Translations under genes and position numbers: made by a program
The notes under the pieces: generated by a model
The model's database searches: none
The model's input: only the letters and a program-made list of their open reading frames with translations
What the model was told of the DNA's origin: nothing
Origin: an uncultured bacterium
GTDB lineage: Bacteria; Chloroflexota; UBA5177; JANWHV01
Assembly: GCA_963827235.1 (NCBI GenBank)
Contig: CAWHAE010000014.1
Location: 32,001 to 96,000, forward strand
Direction: 5' to 3'
Length of the DNA: 64,000 bases
In this document: positions 40,927-51,739 of the stretch, one piece after another
Numbering within the stretch: the stretch's first letter is position 1
How the letters are laid out: every line of letters begins with the position of its first letter

Positions 40927-42282
40927 TCAGATGAACTGTTGCCACACCTGGTTGGCCAGCAAGTATCCTCGCTGGCTCAGGCGAACATAGTCGCCGACTT
41001 TCTCCAGCAGGCCGGCGGCGCTCAGCCGCTCGATGGCCCCGGCGTGCGCCGCGAGCAGGCTGCCGCCGAATCTGCTATCGAAGGTAGGCACGTGGATGCC
41101 ACGCATGAGCCTCAGACCCAGCATGATTGCGTCGGACCTGGCCCTCGACGGCTCGATCACCTCGCTGGAGGCTGTAGGCAGCCTGCCGGACTTCAACCTG
41201 CCTAAGTAGCTCTGCAGTCCTCGCACGTTCGCGAACCGGACGCCGTCGACGTAACTGTGCGCGGAGAGCCCCACGCCCAGGTACGGATGATGCTCCCAGT
41301 ACAGCAAGTTGTGACGGCTACGGTGTCCGGGACGGGCCCAGTTGGAGATCTCATAGTGCACAAATCCCGCCGATGCCAGCGTTTCTCGCGCTGCCTCGTA
41401 CATGTCCGCGGCCTCGTCATCGTCGGGAAGCGCCCTGTCACCTCTGCGCACCTGGCGGCGCAATAAGGTGCCAGGCTCGAGAATCAGACCGTATGCCGAG
41501 AGATGGTCCGGGCTTTCCGCCAGTACATCGCGCAACGTGGCCGCCCAATTCGACCGGTCCTGACCGGGCAATCCAAAGATCAGGTCGGCACTCACCGACT
41601 GGAACCCGGCGGCACGTGCCTGCCTCAAGGCATCGACGGCCTGTGTCGCGTCGTGGATGCGATTCACACTGCGGAGAATGGCATCATCCAGCGTTTGCAC
41701 GCCGATGCTCAGCCGGTTGACTCCCGCGTCGCGCAGAGCGCAGAGCTTCACCGCGTCGAGCGTGCCCGGATTTGCCTCCAATGTGACCTCTGCGTTCGGG
41801 GACACGAGAAAGTGTTCTCGGATCGACTCGAGAATGCGCTCCACGGCCGGCACTGGCAGCCGGCTGGGCGTGCCGCCGCCGAAGAAGACGGTGGTCACGA
41901 AACGTCCGTACATACCTCGGGCACGGCGGTCGATCTCTTCCAGGAGGCTCGCGACGTAGGCAGCCATGTGCCCGTCCTCACCGGCATAGGTCGCGAAGTC
42001 GCAGTACGAGCAGCGATATTGGCAGAAGGGTATGTGCACGTAAATGCCGAGCACTGAGTCCGCCTGCCTCTGCGCCTCCAGCTCATCCATCTCGGACTCG
42101 GGCGGTGGGCCCTCCGGCAGACGCGTTCGCTCCCGTGTCGTGCTGCTAAACGTCCCGAAGGCAGTGCCGGCGTCTCCGGAGCCTGCCGAGTCGCGCACGG
42201 TGCCGGGAGCTCCTGGCGGGTGCACGGGCAAAGGGGTGGGAGGAGAGTTGGCGGGTGCCCGCCGGGTTTCGCTTTCGCCCAA
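40927..42282 (-). CDS. hemW: Radical SAM heme chaperone HemW
   Basis: YVHIPFCQYRCSYCDF, GGGTPS, YEISNW, HNLLYW; start may instead be 42090. Confidence 0.92.
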   Translation of the reverse strand: MGESETRRAPANSPPTPLPVHPPGAPGTVRDSAGSGDAGTAFGTFSSTTRERTRLPEGPPPESEMDELEAQRQADSVLGIYVHIPFCQYRCSYCDFATYAGEDGHMAAYVASLLEEIDRRARGMYGRFVTTVFFGGGTPSRLPVPAVERILESIREHFLVSPNAEVTLEANPGTLDAVKLCALRDAGVNRLSIGVQTLDDAILRSVNRIHDATQAVDALRQARAAGFQSVSADLIFGLPGQDRSNWAATLRDVLAESPDHLSAYGLILEPGTLLRRQVRRGDRALPDDDEAADMYEAARETLASAGFVHYEISNWARPGHRSRHNLLYWEHHPYLGVGLSAHSYVDGVRFANVRGLQSYLGRLKSGRLPTASSEVIEPSRARSDAIMLGLRLMRGIHVPTFDSRFGGSLLAAHAGAIERLSAAGLLEKVGDYVRLSQRGYLLANQVWQQFI

Positions 42283-42406
42283 TACAGGTTATCCTTTTGA
42301 AGCTGTGCCACACGCGGCGCGCTGGGTCGAGACGCGACCACATGCAGACCAGTCTACGGCAAAGGCATAATCGCGAATATAGCTTGCACATTGCGGGAGT
42401 GAGCAG

Positions 42407-43027
42407 GTGGACGTACTCATCGCGACGACGAACGTACACAAGATCGCTGAATACCGGCGGCTGTTCGCCGAGTCGGCTATCGCCATACGCACTCCATCCG
42501 ATGCGGGCGTCGCGCCGCCGGAGGTTAACGAAGACGGTGCAACATTCGGGGCGAATGCTGCGAAGAAGGCGATCGCCTTCGCACAGGCGGCCGGTATCCC
42601 TGTGCTCGCCGACGACTCCGGAATCTGCGTCGACAGCCTTGCGGGGGCGCCGGGAGTGCGCAGCGCGCGCTTCGGCTCTCCCCACCTGGACGATGCCGGA
42701 CGGCTGTACTACTTGCTGGAATGTCTGAAGGACGTGCCGGTAGGGCGGCGCGGTGCGCACTATAGTTGTGCCCTCGCGCTCGCCACACGTGGTGGCATGG
42801 TTCTCGCAGTTGAAGGCAGGCTATACGGGGAGATCGACCGCGTGCCGAGTGCCGGTTCAACGGGCTTTGGCTACGATCCTGTTTTTGTCGTGCCGCGATT
42901 CGGCAGGACCGTGGCGGACATAAGCCCTGAAGAGAAGGACGCCGTCAGTCATCGAGGGAATGCAGTGCGGCATCTACTCAGTATGCTGGGCCGGCGGTCT
43001 CTCACCCCGGGTACACTGAATCTGTGA
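42407..43027 (+). CDS. rdgB: Non-canonical purine NTP pyrophosphatase
   Basis: ATTNVHK, ADDSG, PGVRSAR, GFGYDP, SHRG. Confidence 0.95.
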   Translation: MDVLIATTNVHKIAEYRRLFAESAIAIRTPSDAGVAPPEVNEDGATFGANAAKKAIAFAQAAGIPVLADDSGICVDSLAGAPGVRSARFGSPHLDDAGRLYYLLECLKDVPVGRRGAHYSCALALATRGGMVLAVEGRLYGEIDRVPSAGSTGFGYDPVFVVPRFGRTVADISPEEKDAVSHRGNAVRHLLSMLGRRSLTPGTLNL

Positions 43028-43968
43028 ACAACCCGCAGCCAGACAGAGGCACCGCGCCGCCTAAGCAGCATCGCTTGAGCCTGGCGCAGGAAACCCGAGA
43101 GATCTTGTATGCACACCATCTGCGTCCGCGACAGCAGCTTGGCCAGAATTTCCTCATCGATCGTGAGGTCCTGGAGTCGGTTGTGGCGGCGGCGGAGCTG
43201 CTACGCGGACAGCAGGTGCTCGAGGTCGGAGCAGGCATCGGTACCCTCACGCTAGCGCTCGCTGAAGCCGGGGCGGATGTGACTGCGGTCGAGCTCGACC
43301 CGGCGCTGGCCCGCATCGCCACGCACCGCGCCGCCTCGTTGGAAAACGTGCGCGTTCGCGAGGCAAACATCCTGCACACCGACGTGTCGACACTCGTGGA
43401 CGTCGGGCGCGACTACGCGGTAGTAGCCAACATACCGTACTACATTACGGCGCCCATTCTGCGCCATTTTCTGGAACGCGTGGCTAGGCCGCGCGCCATG
43501 ATTCTAATGGTGCAGCGTGAAGTAGGAGAAAGGCTTGCCGCGCGGCCGGGCAAGATGAGCGCTCTCACGGTGTTCGCCCAGGTGTATGCGACGGTGGAGC
43601 TGGTGCGCGTGGTATCCGCATCATCGTTTATGCCGCCGCCCGAGGTCGCGTCTGCGATTATCCGCCTGAGGCTGCACGAGTCTCCGCCTGTGCCCTACGC
43701 CGAGCTTCCCTATTTCTTCACCGTGGTCAAGGCCGGGTTCAGCGCCAAGCGAAAGATGCTTCATAATGCGCTCGACCATGGATTACCGAATTCGACCGGC
43801 GTGATCGAAGTCGCTCTTGACGAGGCCGGCATCGAGCGCACGAGGCGCGCGGAGACTCTCAGCCTGCGTGAGTGGCGAACGCTGGCCATGGCGCTGCGCC
43901 TCGACGCGGACAACGTGCCCAAGCACGCGCGCATCGACGCAGCGGCAGCACAAGGCGGGCAGGCATGA
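43024..43968 (+). CDS. rsmA: 16S rRNA adenine dimethyltransferase
   Basis: LGQNFL, EVGAGIG, ANIPYYIT, RRAETLS. Confidence 0.96.
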   Translation: MNNPQPDRGTAPPKQHRLSLAQETREILYAHHLRPRQQLGQNFLIDREVLESVVAAAELLRGQQVLEVGAGIGTLTLALAEAGADVTAVELDPALARIATHRAASLENVRVREANILHTDVSTLVDVGRDYAVVANIPYYITAPILRHFLERVARPRAMILMVQREVGERLAARPGKMSALTVFAQVYATVELVRVVSASSFMPPPEVASAIIRLRLHESPPVPYAELPYFFTVVKAGFSAKRKMLHNALDHGLPNSTGVIEVALDEAGIERTRRAETLSLREWRTLAMALRLDADNVPKHARIDAAAAQGGQA

Positions 43969-44642
43969 CCGCTGAGACGCCGGCAACTCCGGCCATAAAG
44001 CTCATTGTCGGCCTGGGCAATCCCGGCAGGCGATATGCCAGGACGCGGCACAACGTCGGCTTCATGATCGTGGACGAGCTTGCCCGCCGCCTTGGCTGCC
44101 GAGGCTGGCGAGATGAGCGCCTGGCTTCCCTGTGCGAAGCCCCATGCAAGCCGGACCCGGTGCTGCTCATCAAGCCCCAAACCTTCATGAATCTCAGCGG
44201 CCATGCCGTGGTAGCCTACGCATCGCGAGCGAAGGCGGTACCTGAGAGCATCCTGGTAGTCGGCGACGACCTCGACCTGCCGTTTGGCAGGCTGCGCCTG
44301 CGACCGGGCGGGAGCGCCGGAGGGCACAACGGTCTGCGCTCTATCGCCGCCGAGCTTCAGTCGGATACCTTCGCCCGTCTTCGCGTAGGCATCGGCCGGC
44401 CGGCAGGGGGAGATCCGATCGATTATGTGCTTGCCCAGTTCAGCGAGGAGGAGTCGACGGACCTTCCTACAATCGTTGACGCCGCCTGCGAGATGGCGAC
44501 AGGCGCCCTAGAGACCGGCCTGCTCGCGGCGATGAACCGCTTCAACGGCAGGCGCAACGTGCTGGATCCGGCACCCGGGCCGGCTCCAATCTCCGGTGGA
44601 GGATCACCTTCGCCGGATGCGACGGACGGCGATCGTGCCTAG
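43965..44642 (+). CDS. pth: Peptidyl-tRNA hydrolase
   Basis: GLGNPG, TRHNVG, KPQTFMNLSG, GGHNGL. Confidence 0.96.
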   Translation: MTAETPATPAIKLIVGLGNPGRRYARTRHNVGFMIVDELARRLGCRGWRDERLASLCEAPCKPDPVLLIKPQTFMNLSGHAVVAYASRAKAVPESILVVGDDLDLPFGRLRLRPGGSAGGHNGLRSIAAELQSDTFARLRVGIGRPAGGDPIDYVLAQFSEEESTDLPTIVDAACEMATGALETGLLAAMNRFNGRRNVLDPAPGPAPISGGGSPSPDATDGDRA

Positions 44643-47600
44643 CTTATCGGCGAACCTTCACCCGTTAGTCGGGCAGCTTACCGCGACGTCCGCAATCGGC
44701 ACGGTGCTGGCGCAACTTCGCAGTACAGGTTCGACCGCAGTACACGGCGCTCCGAAGGCCGGTCTGCCTGCTCTTGCGGCGATGTTGCAGTCAAGCGCGA
44801 ACGACGGCAAGCCCGGACAGGTGCTGCTGATCACAGCGGACCCGGAGCAGGCTGCGAGCTGGGCCGACGAGCTGCGGTACTGGATAGCGCCTGGAATTCC
44901 CGTCCTGCCCTTCCCCGCTCTCGAGGCGCTTCCCTATGAGCGCGCGGCGCCTGAACCCGGTTTGGTGCAACAGCGACAGGCAGCGCTCGAGGTGCTGGCC
45001 GGCGGTCGACCGGCCATCGTGGTCGCCCCCGCCCGCGCCCTGCTTCAGCCGCTGCAAGAGCCGCGCGCCTTCCTGTCGCTCACCCAGTCGTTCGCGGTGC
45101 GAGACACGCTCTCGGTCTCCGCGATGACCGCGAGGTGGCTGTCGCTTGGATACGCGGCGGCCACCATCGTGCAGCAGCCGGGTGAGTTCTGCAGACGCGG
45201 CGGTATCATCGACGTCTATCCTGCGGAAGCAGAATGGCCCGTGCGTATCGAGCTGGTGGGCGCCGAGATCGATTCACTGCGGCTGTTCGATCCGGCAACA
45301 CAGCGCTCCCACGGTCCTGTCTCGAGCTTCAAGATAGGTCCCCTGCATCCGTTCGCGTTGCCGGCGCCCGAGAGTGTTCTCGCGGCGCTTGAGGCCGTGG
45401 ATGCCTCACGTTGCCTGCCGCACGTGCAGGCGCTCTGGACCGAGGAGCTTCGCAATCTTAGGCTCGGGAAGCGCTTCGATGGCCTCGAATTCTACACGCC
45501 ATACCTGACGGTGCCGCAGGTCTCGGTCCTCGGCTACGTCGCCGAATCCGCGGTGCTTCTGCTGGATGATCGCGAGGAGCTGGCACGGACCCTGGACGAC
45601 CTGGTGCAGCGTGCTCGGGAGCTAAGCGATGAGCTGGTCGGGCGAGGCGAGATTCCATCCGGGTTGACATTCCCGTTGCTGGCTACCGAGCGGATCTGGG
45701 ACGATGTCGACGCGCTCCCGCGGCTCGAATGGCGACCGAGAGGGGGTCGCGGCAGCTACGATCTCGGCACGCACGGAGTGCTCCGCACTTCTCCCAGTTA
45801 TGGGGGCAGTTTGCGGCGCTTCGTGGAGGACTGTGACGAGTTCAGACGGCAAGAGGAGCGAGTGGTCATCGTGTCGCTGCAAGAGCAGCGCCTGGCCGAG
45901 CTCCTGCGGGAGGCCGGCGTACCGGTTACCGGGCTGGCGACCCTCGCTTCTGCACCGGATCGCGGTACGGTCGTCACGGTGCCGGGCCAGCTGCCCGAGG
46001 GCTGGCTCTCACCGGAGTCGCACCTCGTCGTGCTGACCGACTCCGAGATCGTAGGATGGGTCCGGCCGCGCGCGGCAGCTCGCTTCCACCGCGAAGCCGA
46101 CGAGAGCCTTGCCCTGGACTTCGTGCCCGGCGATTACGTCGTGCACATCGAGCATGGCATCGGCCGTTACCAGGGCGTGGTCAAGATGGGCAGCGGGAGG
46201 GCGGAGCGAGAGTACCTGGATCTTCAGTACGCGGGCACGGACCGCCTGTATGTGCCGACCGACCAGCTCGACAGAATCACAAAATACCGGGGCATGGGCG
46301 AGGAGAATCCCGCCCTCAGCCGGCTCGGCACCCAGGAGTGGACGCGCGCCAAAGCCAAGGCGAAGGAATCGGTGGAGGCCATCGCGCGCGAGTTGCTCGA
46401 TCTCTACAACTTCCGCGAGCAAGCGGACGGCCACGCCTTCGGCACGGATGGACATTGGCAGCGTGAACTCGAGGCAGCATTCCCGTTCGAGGAAACGGTT
46501 GACCAGGCGCAGGCCATTGCCGACGTGAAAGCAGACATGGAGCGGCCCCGGCCCATGGACAGGCTCGTGTGCGGCGACGTGGGCTACGGCAAGACTGAGG
46601 TGGCGCTGCGCGCCGCCTTCAAGGCGGTGATGGATGGCAAGCAGGTCGCCGTGCTGGTGCCGACTACCGTCCTGGCGCAGCAACACTACAACACGTTTCG
46701 GGAGCGCATGCAGGCCTTTCCCGTCCGCGTGGCGGTGCTCAGCCGATTCCACGCACGCGGTGACCAGCTGAAGGTGGTGGAGGGGCTCAAGCAGGGCAAC
46801 GTCGACATCGCCATCGGCACCCATAGACTGCTGCAGAAGGATGTCGAGTTTGCCAAGCTCGGACTTCTGATTATCGACGAGGAGCAACGGTTCGGAGTCA
46901 AGCACAAGGAGCATTTGAAGCAGATGCGCAGAAGCGTGGACGTGCTCACACTCACCGCCACGCCGATCCCGCGCAGCCTGCACATGAGTCTCACACAGGT
47001 CCGCGACCTGAGCGTGATCGCTACCGCTCCCGAGGGCCGGCTGCCTATCAAGACCTACCTGGAGCCTTTTGACGAACATCACGTGCGCGATGCCATCATG
47101 CGCGAGATGGATCGCGGTGGCCAGGTGTACTTCGTGCACAATCGCGTGCAGACGATCGAGGCCGTCGCGGAACGGTTGCGGAGGTTGGTGCCGCAGGCCC
47201 GCGTCGCCGTCGCCCACGGTCAGATGGTCGCCGATGCGCTCGAGCGAATCATGTTCGACTTTGCCGATCGGCGGTTCGACATCCTCGTCTGCAGCACGAT
47301 AATCGAGAACGGCCTGGATATCGCGAACGTGAACACGATGATCGTCAATGAGGCCACGCAGTTCGGACTTTCCCAGCTCTACCAGCTTCGTGGCCGCATC
47401 GGCCGGGGGAGCCGCAGAGGCTACGCATACCTGCTCTACAACCCGAACACGCCGGTGAGCAGGACCGCCGAACGACGGCTGAGGGCAATCTTCGAGTCCA
47501 CTGAGCTGGGTGCCGGATTCCAGATTGCGTTGAAGGACCTGGAGATCAGGGGTGCGGGTACAATCCTCGGCAGTGCACAGCACGGGCATCTGATTGCGGT

Positions 47601-48198
47601 CGGCTTCGACCTGTATTGCAATTTGCTGGCCGAGGCGGTGAATGAGAAACGAGGCATCGCCGCCAGCGGGCAGGCCGAACGGATCGTGCCAACGATCGAT
47701 CTTCAGGTCGACGCGTATATCCCGCCGGAGTATGTCGAGGACGAGAATCAGCGGTTGCGTCTCTACCAGCGACTGGCCGGGTTCGTGTCAGTCGATTCGG
47801 TCGACGACCTGGGAGGAGAGATGCGCGATCGCTTCGGCCCCCTGCCTGCTCCCGTGCAGGCCACGCTCGCCATCGTGCGCATCCGCATCAAGGCGGAAGC
47901 GCTGCATATCGCGGCGATCACCGTCGATCCGATGTGGCTTCTGATGCGCGGCTCGCCGGACACGTCCTACGACAGGGTCAGTCTCTACGGTCACTTCGGC
48001 ATGGCGGCGCGGATAGACCGCGGCAACCTTCGCGTTCCCATCGCGCGGGTGCAGCCGACCGCAGTTGAGGTCGTTGAAGAGATACTGGACAGAGGCCTGG
48101 CTCTGGCCGGTTCCGACGGTGAGGAACGCGACCCGCAGGCCGCGCTGCGCCGGGGCGGGTTGCGTGCCGTCACGGCTCCTCGCGGTTTTCCCATCTGA
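44635..48198 (+). CDS. mfd: Transcription-repair coupling factor
   Basis: RGGIIDVYP, VVHIEHGIG, GDVGYGKT, DEEQ, QLRGRIGR, TRCF C-terminus. Confidence 0.97.
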   Translation: MPSLSANLHPLVGQLTATSAIGTVLAQLRSTGSTAVHGAPKAGLPALAAMLQSSANDGKPGQVLLITADPEQAASWADELRYWIAPGIPVLPFPALEALPYERAAPEPGLVQQRQAALEVLAGGRPAIVVAPARALLQPLQEPRAFLSLTQSFAVRDTLSVSAMTARWLSLGYAAATIVQQPGEFCRRGGIIDVYPAEAEWPVRIELVGAEIDSLRLFDPATQRSHGPVSSFKIGPLHPFALPAPESVLAALEAVDASRCLPHVQALWTEELRNLRLGKRFDGLEFYTPYLTVPQVSVLGYVAESAVLLLDDREELARTLDDLVQRARELSDELVGRGEIPSGLTFPLLATERIWDDVDALPRLEWRPRGGRGSYDLGTHGVLRTSPSYGGSLRRFVEDCDEFRRQEERVVIVSLQEQRLAELLREAGVPVTGLATLASAPDRGTVVTVPGQLPEGWLSPESHLVVLTDSEIVGWVRPRAAARFHREADESLALDFVPGDYVVHIEHGIGRYQGVVKMGSGRAEREYLDLQYAGTDRLYVPTDQLDRITKYRGMGEENPALSRLGTQEWTRAKAKAKESVEAIARELLDLYNFREQADGHAFGTDGHWQRELEAAFPFEETVDQAQAIADVKADMERPRPMDRLVCGDVGYGKTEVALRAAFKAVMDGKQVAVLVPTTVLAQQHYNTFRERMQAFPVRVAVLSRFHARGDQLKVVEGLKQGNVDIAIGTHRLLQKDVEFAKLGLLIIDEEQRFGVKHKEHLKQMRRSVDVLTLTATPIPRSLHMSLTQVRDLSVIATAPEGRLPIKTYLEPFDEHHVRDAIMREMDRGGQVYFVHNRVQTIEAVAERLRRLVPQARVAVAHGQMVADALERIMFDFADRRFDILVCSTIIENGLDIANVNTMIVNEATQFGLSQLYQLRGRIGRGSRRGYAYLLYNPNTPVSRTAERRLRAIFESTELGAGFQIALKDLEIRGAGTILGSAQHGHLIAVGFDLYCNLLAEAVNEKRGIAASGQAERIVPTIDLQVDAYIPPEYVEDENQRLRLYQRLAGFVSVDSVDDLGGEMRDRFGPLPAPVQATLAIVRIRIKAEALHIAAITVDPMWLLMRGSPDTSYDRVSLYGHFGMAARIDRGNLRVPIARVQPTAVEVVEEILDRGLALAGSDGEERDPQAALRRGGLRAVTAPRGFPI

Positions 48199-48314
48199 GC
48201 CACGGCACCCCACTGAGAGTCCGATTCCCCTTCTGAACTCCCGTGAAGCCTTGACGCGGGGTACACTTGGCACAAGACGTAGCCGACCTCCACAGCGATC
48301 GGGAGCGAGATCAC

Positions 48315-49322
48315 ATGGCCGCAACAACACCGGATCGTCGCGCCGACCGGAAGCCTTCGACCCGGTGTCAGGTTTCAGCCGCCTCGTCAGGCTCGCCTGC
48401 GACGCTACCGAGCGCTCTGGGCCGGGCGATCGAGGAGTTCTTGCTCGACGAGCTGGCCCGGCGAGGTGAAAAGGCGCAAAGCCTGCGAGCGCGGACCTCC
48501 GACACGCATACACTTCTCGAGTGGGCGATCGGCCAGGGCGTTGCCGAGCCCGAACGGCTGACTCGCAACGTGCTGCGGAGCTGGATTGCCACCCTGCACG
48601 CGCAGGGCTATGCGCGCAGCTCCATGGCCCGCATGCTCTCGACGGCCCGCTCCTTTCTTCGCTTCTGCGAGATCAGGGGTGCGACGATCGATCGCAACGC
48701 GCTCTCGCTGAGCGCGGGCAGGCAGCAGCGGTCGCTGCCGGCGGTGTTGACGGAGCCTCAGGCGGCGCGCTTGCTGGATAGCCCGGCTGGTCGGTCTGCC
48801 GGCAACCGAGATCCTCTGCAGCTCCGCGACCAAGCAGCACTCGAGCTCCTCTATGGCGCTGGGCTGCGAGCAGCCGAGCTCTGCTCGATTCGCCTCGACA
48901 GCTTGTCCCTGGAGCGGCGCGAGCTGATCGTGATGGGCAAAGGTGCCAAGGAGCGGCGAGTGCTCTTTGGCCAGCCTGCGGCGCGGGCCGTGGAGGCCTA
49001 TCTTTCACGCTCCAGACCGATGTTGGTAGCCGGCGCGCGCGGGCACCAGGCGCTGATAGTCAACTGGCGAGGCGGACCGCTGACTGCGCGCGGACTCGCT
49101 CTGATCGTGGAGCGGCGCGCCGTCGCGGCAGGACTGACCGGCGGATTGCATCCGCACACGCTCCGCCACTCCTTTGCCACCCATCTGCTCAACGGTGGGG
49201 CGGATCTCAGGACGGTCCAGCTTCTGCTGGGACACGAAAGCCTGGCCACCACGCAGAAGTACCTGCACGTGGCGGATCCGACGCTGCGGCAGCTCTATCA
49301 CCGCTGCCACCCGCGCGCATAA
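48315..49322 (+). CDS. xerC: Tyrosine recombinase XerC (CodV-like)
   Basis: Complete catalytic set: GLRAAE, GKGAKER, HTLRHSFATHLL, LLGH, TQKY; upstream of hslVU. Confidence 0.88.
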   Translation: MAATTPDRRADRKPSTRCQVSAASSGSPATLPSALGRAIEEFLLDELARRGEKAQSLRARTSDTHTLLEWAIGQGVAEPERLTRNVLRSWIATLHAQGYARSSMARMLSTARSFLRFCEIRGATIDRNALSLSAGRQQRSLPAVLTEPQAARLLDSPAGRSAGNRDPLQLRDQAALELLYGAGLRAAELCSIRLDSLSLERRELIVMGKGAKERRVLFGQPAARAVEAYLSRSRPMLVAGARGHQALIVNWRGGPLTARGLALIVERRAVAAGLTGGLHPHTLRHSFATHLLNGGADLRTVQLLLGHESLATTQKYLHVADPTLRQLYHRCHPRA

Positions 49323-49364
49323 CGTACACTGAGTCTGGGATCGCCTAGGCTGCGATCCAGCGGG

Positions 49365-49910
49365 ATGACTCAAATGGCACGGTATCGAAGCACGACGATA
49401 GTGGCTGTGATTCGCGATGGCGTGGCTGCCATGGCAGGCGATGGGCAGATCACGCATGGCGAGATAGCTCTAAAGCATAATGCGCGCAAGATCTATCGCG
49501 TGTACAATGATAAAGTGGTTGTTGGGTTTGCCGGCTCCGCGGCCGACGGCGTGACGCTGGTCGAGCGACTGGAGGGCCAGCTCGAGCAGAACAGCGGGCA
49601 GCTCCGGAAGGCAGCAGTAGAACTGGCAAAAGATTGGCGAACCGACAAGTACCTCAGACGGCTGGAGGCTGAGGTGGTTGCGGCGACCGCCGAGGAGCTG
49701 CTCGTCGTTACCGGCACGGGCGACGTGATCCAGCCCGACGAGGGCGTGATAGCCATAGGCTCAGGCGGCCCGTATGCGTACGCGGCTGCATCCGCCCTGC
49801 TGAAGCACACCGGTCTCAGTGCGCCGGAGATCGTGCGCTCCGCACTCTCGATTGCTGCGTCGCTATGCATATATACGAACGACCACGTCACCCTTGAGAC
49901 TTTGCCATAA
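49365..49910 (+). CDS. hslV: ATP-dependent protease subunit HslV/ClpQ
   Basis: Propeptide then TTIVAV; GDGQ, GFAGS, AIGSGG, CIYTN. Confidence 0.96.
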   Translation: MTQMARYRSTTIVAVIRDGVAAMAGDGQITHGEIALKHNARKIYRVYNDKVVVGFAGSAADGVTLVERLEGQLEQNSGQLRKAAVELAKDWRTDKYLRRLEAEVVAATAEELLVVTGTGDVIQPDEGVIAIGSGGPYAYAAASALLKHTGLSAPEIVRSALSIAASLCIYTNDHVTLETLP

Positions 49911-50011
49911 TGTGCTCGGCTCGACGCTGCAGCCTCCTATCGGCCGCGCGATCCTGCCCTGCCCGCGTCTCTGCGCCTGCGGCGCGGAGAGACCTGTAGA
50001 AGGAAGCTCCC

Positions 50012-51439
50012 ATGGACGAGAAGAAGCTGGAATCGTTGACGCCTCGGCAGATTGTTCAGGAGCTCGATAAGTACATCGTGGGCCAGGACAAGGCGAAGCG
50101 GGCTCTGGCGATTGCCCTGCGCAACCGCTATCGCCGTCAGCTCGTACCAGCGGAGCTTCGAGAAGAGATCACGCCGAAGAACATCTTGATGATCGGGCCA
50201 ACCGGAGTCGGTAAGACCGAGCTTGCGCGTCGTATCGCCAAGCTTGCGGACGCGCCGTTCATCAAGGTAGAGGCGACGAAATTCACCGAGGTCGGATACG
50301 TCGGCCGCGATGTCGATTCGATTATCCGCGACCTGGTGGAGACGAGCGTCAACATGGTCCACGACGCCCAGGTCGAGGAGGTGCGAGCGGAGGCCGAAGG
50401 GCTGGCCACGGAGAAGCTGATCGGCTACCTGGTCGGATCGCTCGACGGCGAGACACCCGAGAACGCGCCCGCGGCAGCGCCCAGCGAGGCTCCGGCCGGC
50501 GAGAAAGTCACTGCCACCGAGAAGAAACCGCGCTCGGGTGAGCAGGCACGAGAGCGCCGCCGGCGGAAGTCGGTGGCTAAGATGCTCGCGGACCAGAAGC
50601 TGGAAGAACACATCGTGGAGATCGAGCTCGAGCCGGAGGACTATGGGTGGCCGGCCATGGAGTTCACTGCCGGCATGAGCGGCGACGACATGGGAGAGGC
50701 GTTCCAGGATTTCCTGGCGCACATGCAGAGCCAGAGGAAGCGCTCGCGCCAGGTACCAGTGCGCGAGGCTCGCCAGCTGCTCATTCAGGAGGAATCCAAC
50801 AAGCTGATCGACTGGGATGCAGTGGTGGACCGCGCCGTCGAAAAGGTTGAGCAGGGTGCCATCGTGTTTATCGATGAGATAGACAAGATCGTGGGCCGCG
50901 GCGGTGACTCGGGTCCGGACGTATCCGGAGAAGGCGTGCAGAGGGATCTGCTGCCGATCGTGGAGGGTTCGCAGGTCACCACGCGATATGGATCGGTGAA
51001 GACCGAGCATGTGCTCTTCGTCGCTGCCGGCGCTTTCGGGCGCGTGCGGCCGTCCGATTTGATTCCCGAGCTTCAGGGCCGATTCCCGATCCGCGTCGAA
51101 CTGTCTCGACTCAGCTTTGACGACTTCGTGCGGATTCTCACGCAGCCAGACAACGCTCTGACGAAGCAATACCAGGCGCTGCTGGCTATTGAAGGTGTCG
51201 ACCTGCAGTTTACCGAGGAGGGTCTCCGGGAGATGGCTCGTTGCGCTTGCGACATGAACGAGCGCAACGAGGATATCGGGGCCCGTAGGCTGCACACGGT
51301 GGTCGAGCGCGTACTCGAGGAGATCAGCTACGATGCCAGCGAGCACTCGGGCGAGGCGGTCGTGGTCGACGCGGAGTACGTCAAGGGGCATCTGGCCGAT
51401 GTGCTGGCCAGGCCCGATCTGTCCCGATTCATCCTGTAG
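50012..51439 (+). CDS. hslU: ATP-dependent protease ATPase HslU/ClpY
   Basis: GPTGVGKT, GYVG pore loop, FIDEIDK, GARRLHT. Confidence 0.97.
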   Translation: MDEKKLESLTPRQIVQELDKYIVGQDKAKRALAIALRNRYRRQLVPAELREEITPKNILMIGPTGVGKTELARRIAKLADAPFIKVEATKFTEVGYVGRDVDSIIRDLVETSVNMVHDAQVEEVRAEAEGLATEKLIGYLVGSLDGETPENAPAAAPSEAPAGEKVTATEKKPRSGEQARERRRRKSVAKMLADQKLEEHIVEIELEPEDYGWPAMEFTAGMSGDDMGEAFQDFLAHMQSQRKRSRQVPVREARQLLIQEESNKLIDWDAVVDRAVEKVEQGAIVFIDEIDKIVGRGGDSGPDVSGEGVQRDLLPIVEGSQVTTRYGSVKTEHVLFVAAGAFGRVRPSDLIPELQGRFPIRVELSRLSFDDFVRILTQPDNALTKQYQALLAIEGVDLQFTEEGLREMARCACDMNERNEDIGARRLHTVVERVLEEISYDASEHSGEAVVVDAEYVKGHLADVLARPDLSRFIL

Positions 51440-51596
51440 CGGCGCGCACGGCGCGGGTTGCCAGCGCACTGTGGGATCAATGGCATCGGGGGTCGAACTT
51501 CCGTCCTCAGCACCGAAGTAGTCATCTCGGCCGCTCGAGCAGTGCCGTTTCGGCAGGCAGTTGGTCGTGGGAATGCAACCAAGCGCTCGACGTCGT

Positions 51597-51719
51597 TTGC
51601 TCGCGCCCAGGTCGGCTGCTAAACTTCATAACTGGCTCAAATACACACGAGGACCGACCGCGCCATGGTGGCTTCGTCGAAGCTCTGCGCGCGGGAAGAC
51701 GTTCTCGGAGGATGCAACC
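51597..51719 (+). promoter_or_regulatory. rpsB promoter and S2 autoregulatory leader
   Basis: TTGCTC-17-TAAACT with TG extension; leader ACACAC...GGTG...GGAGG...AACC. Confidence 0.6.
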
Positions 51720-51739
51720 AAGAAAAGGGGCATACGCAC

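Noticed and set aside
46009-47589. Long antisense ORFs (also 49937-51469, 24668-25885, 7426-8688)
   Set aside because: Shadow frames of well-supported genes in GC-rich DNA
48315-51439. xerC-hslV-hslU as a novel module
   Set aside because: Known arrangement (Bacillus codV-clpQ-clpY)
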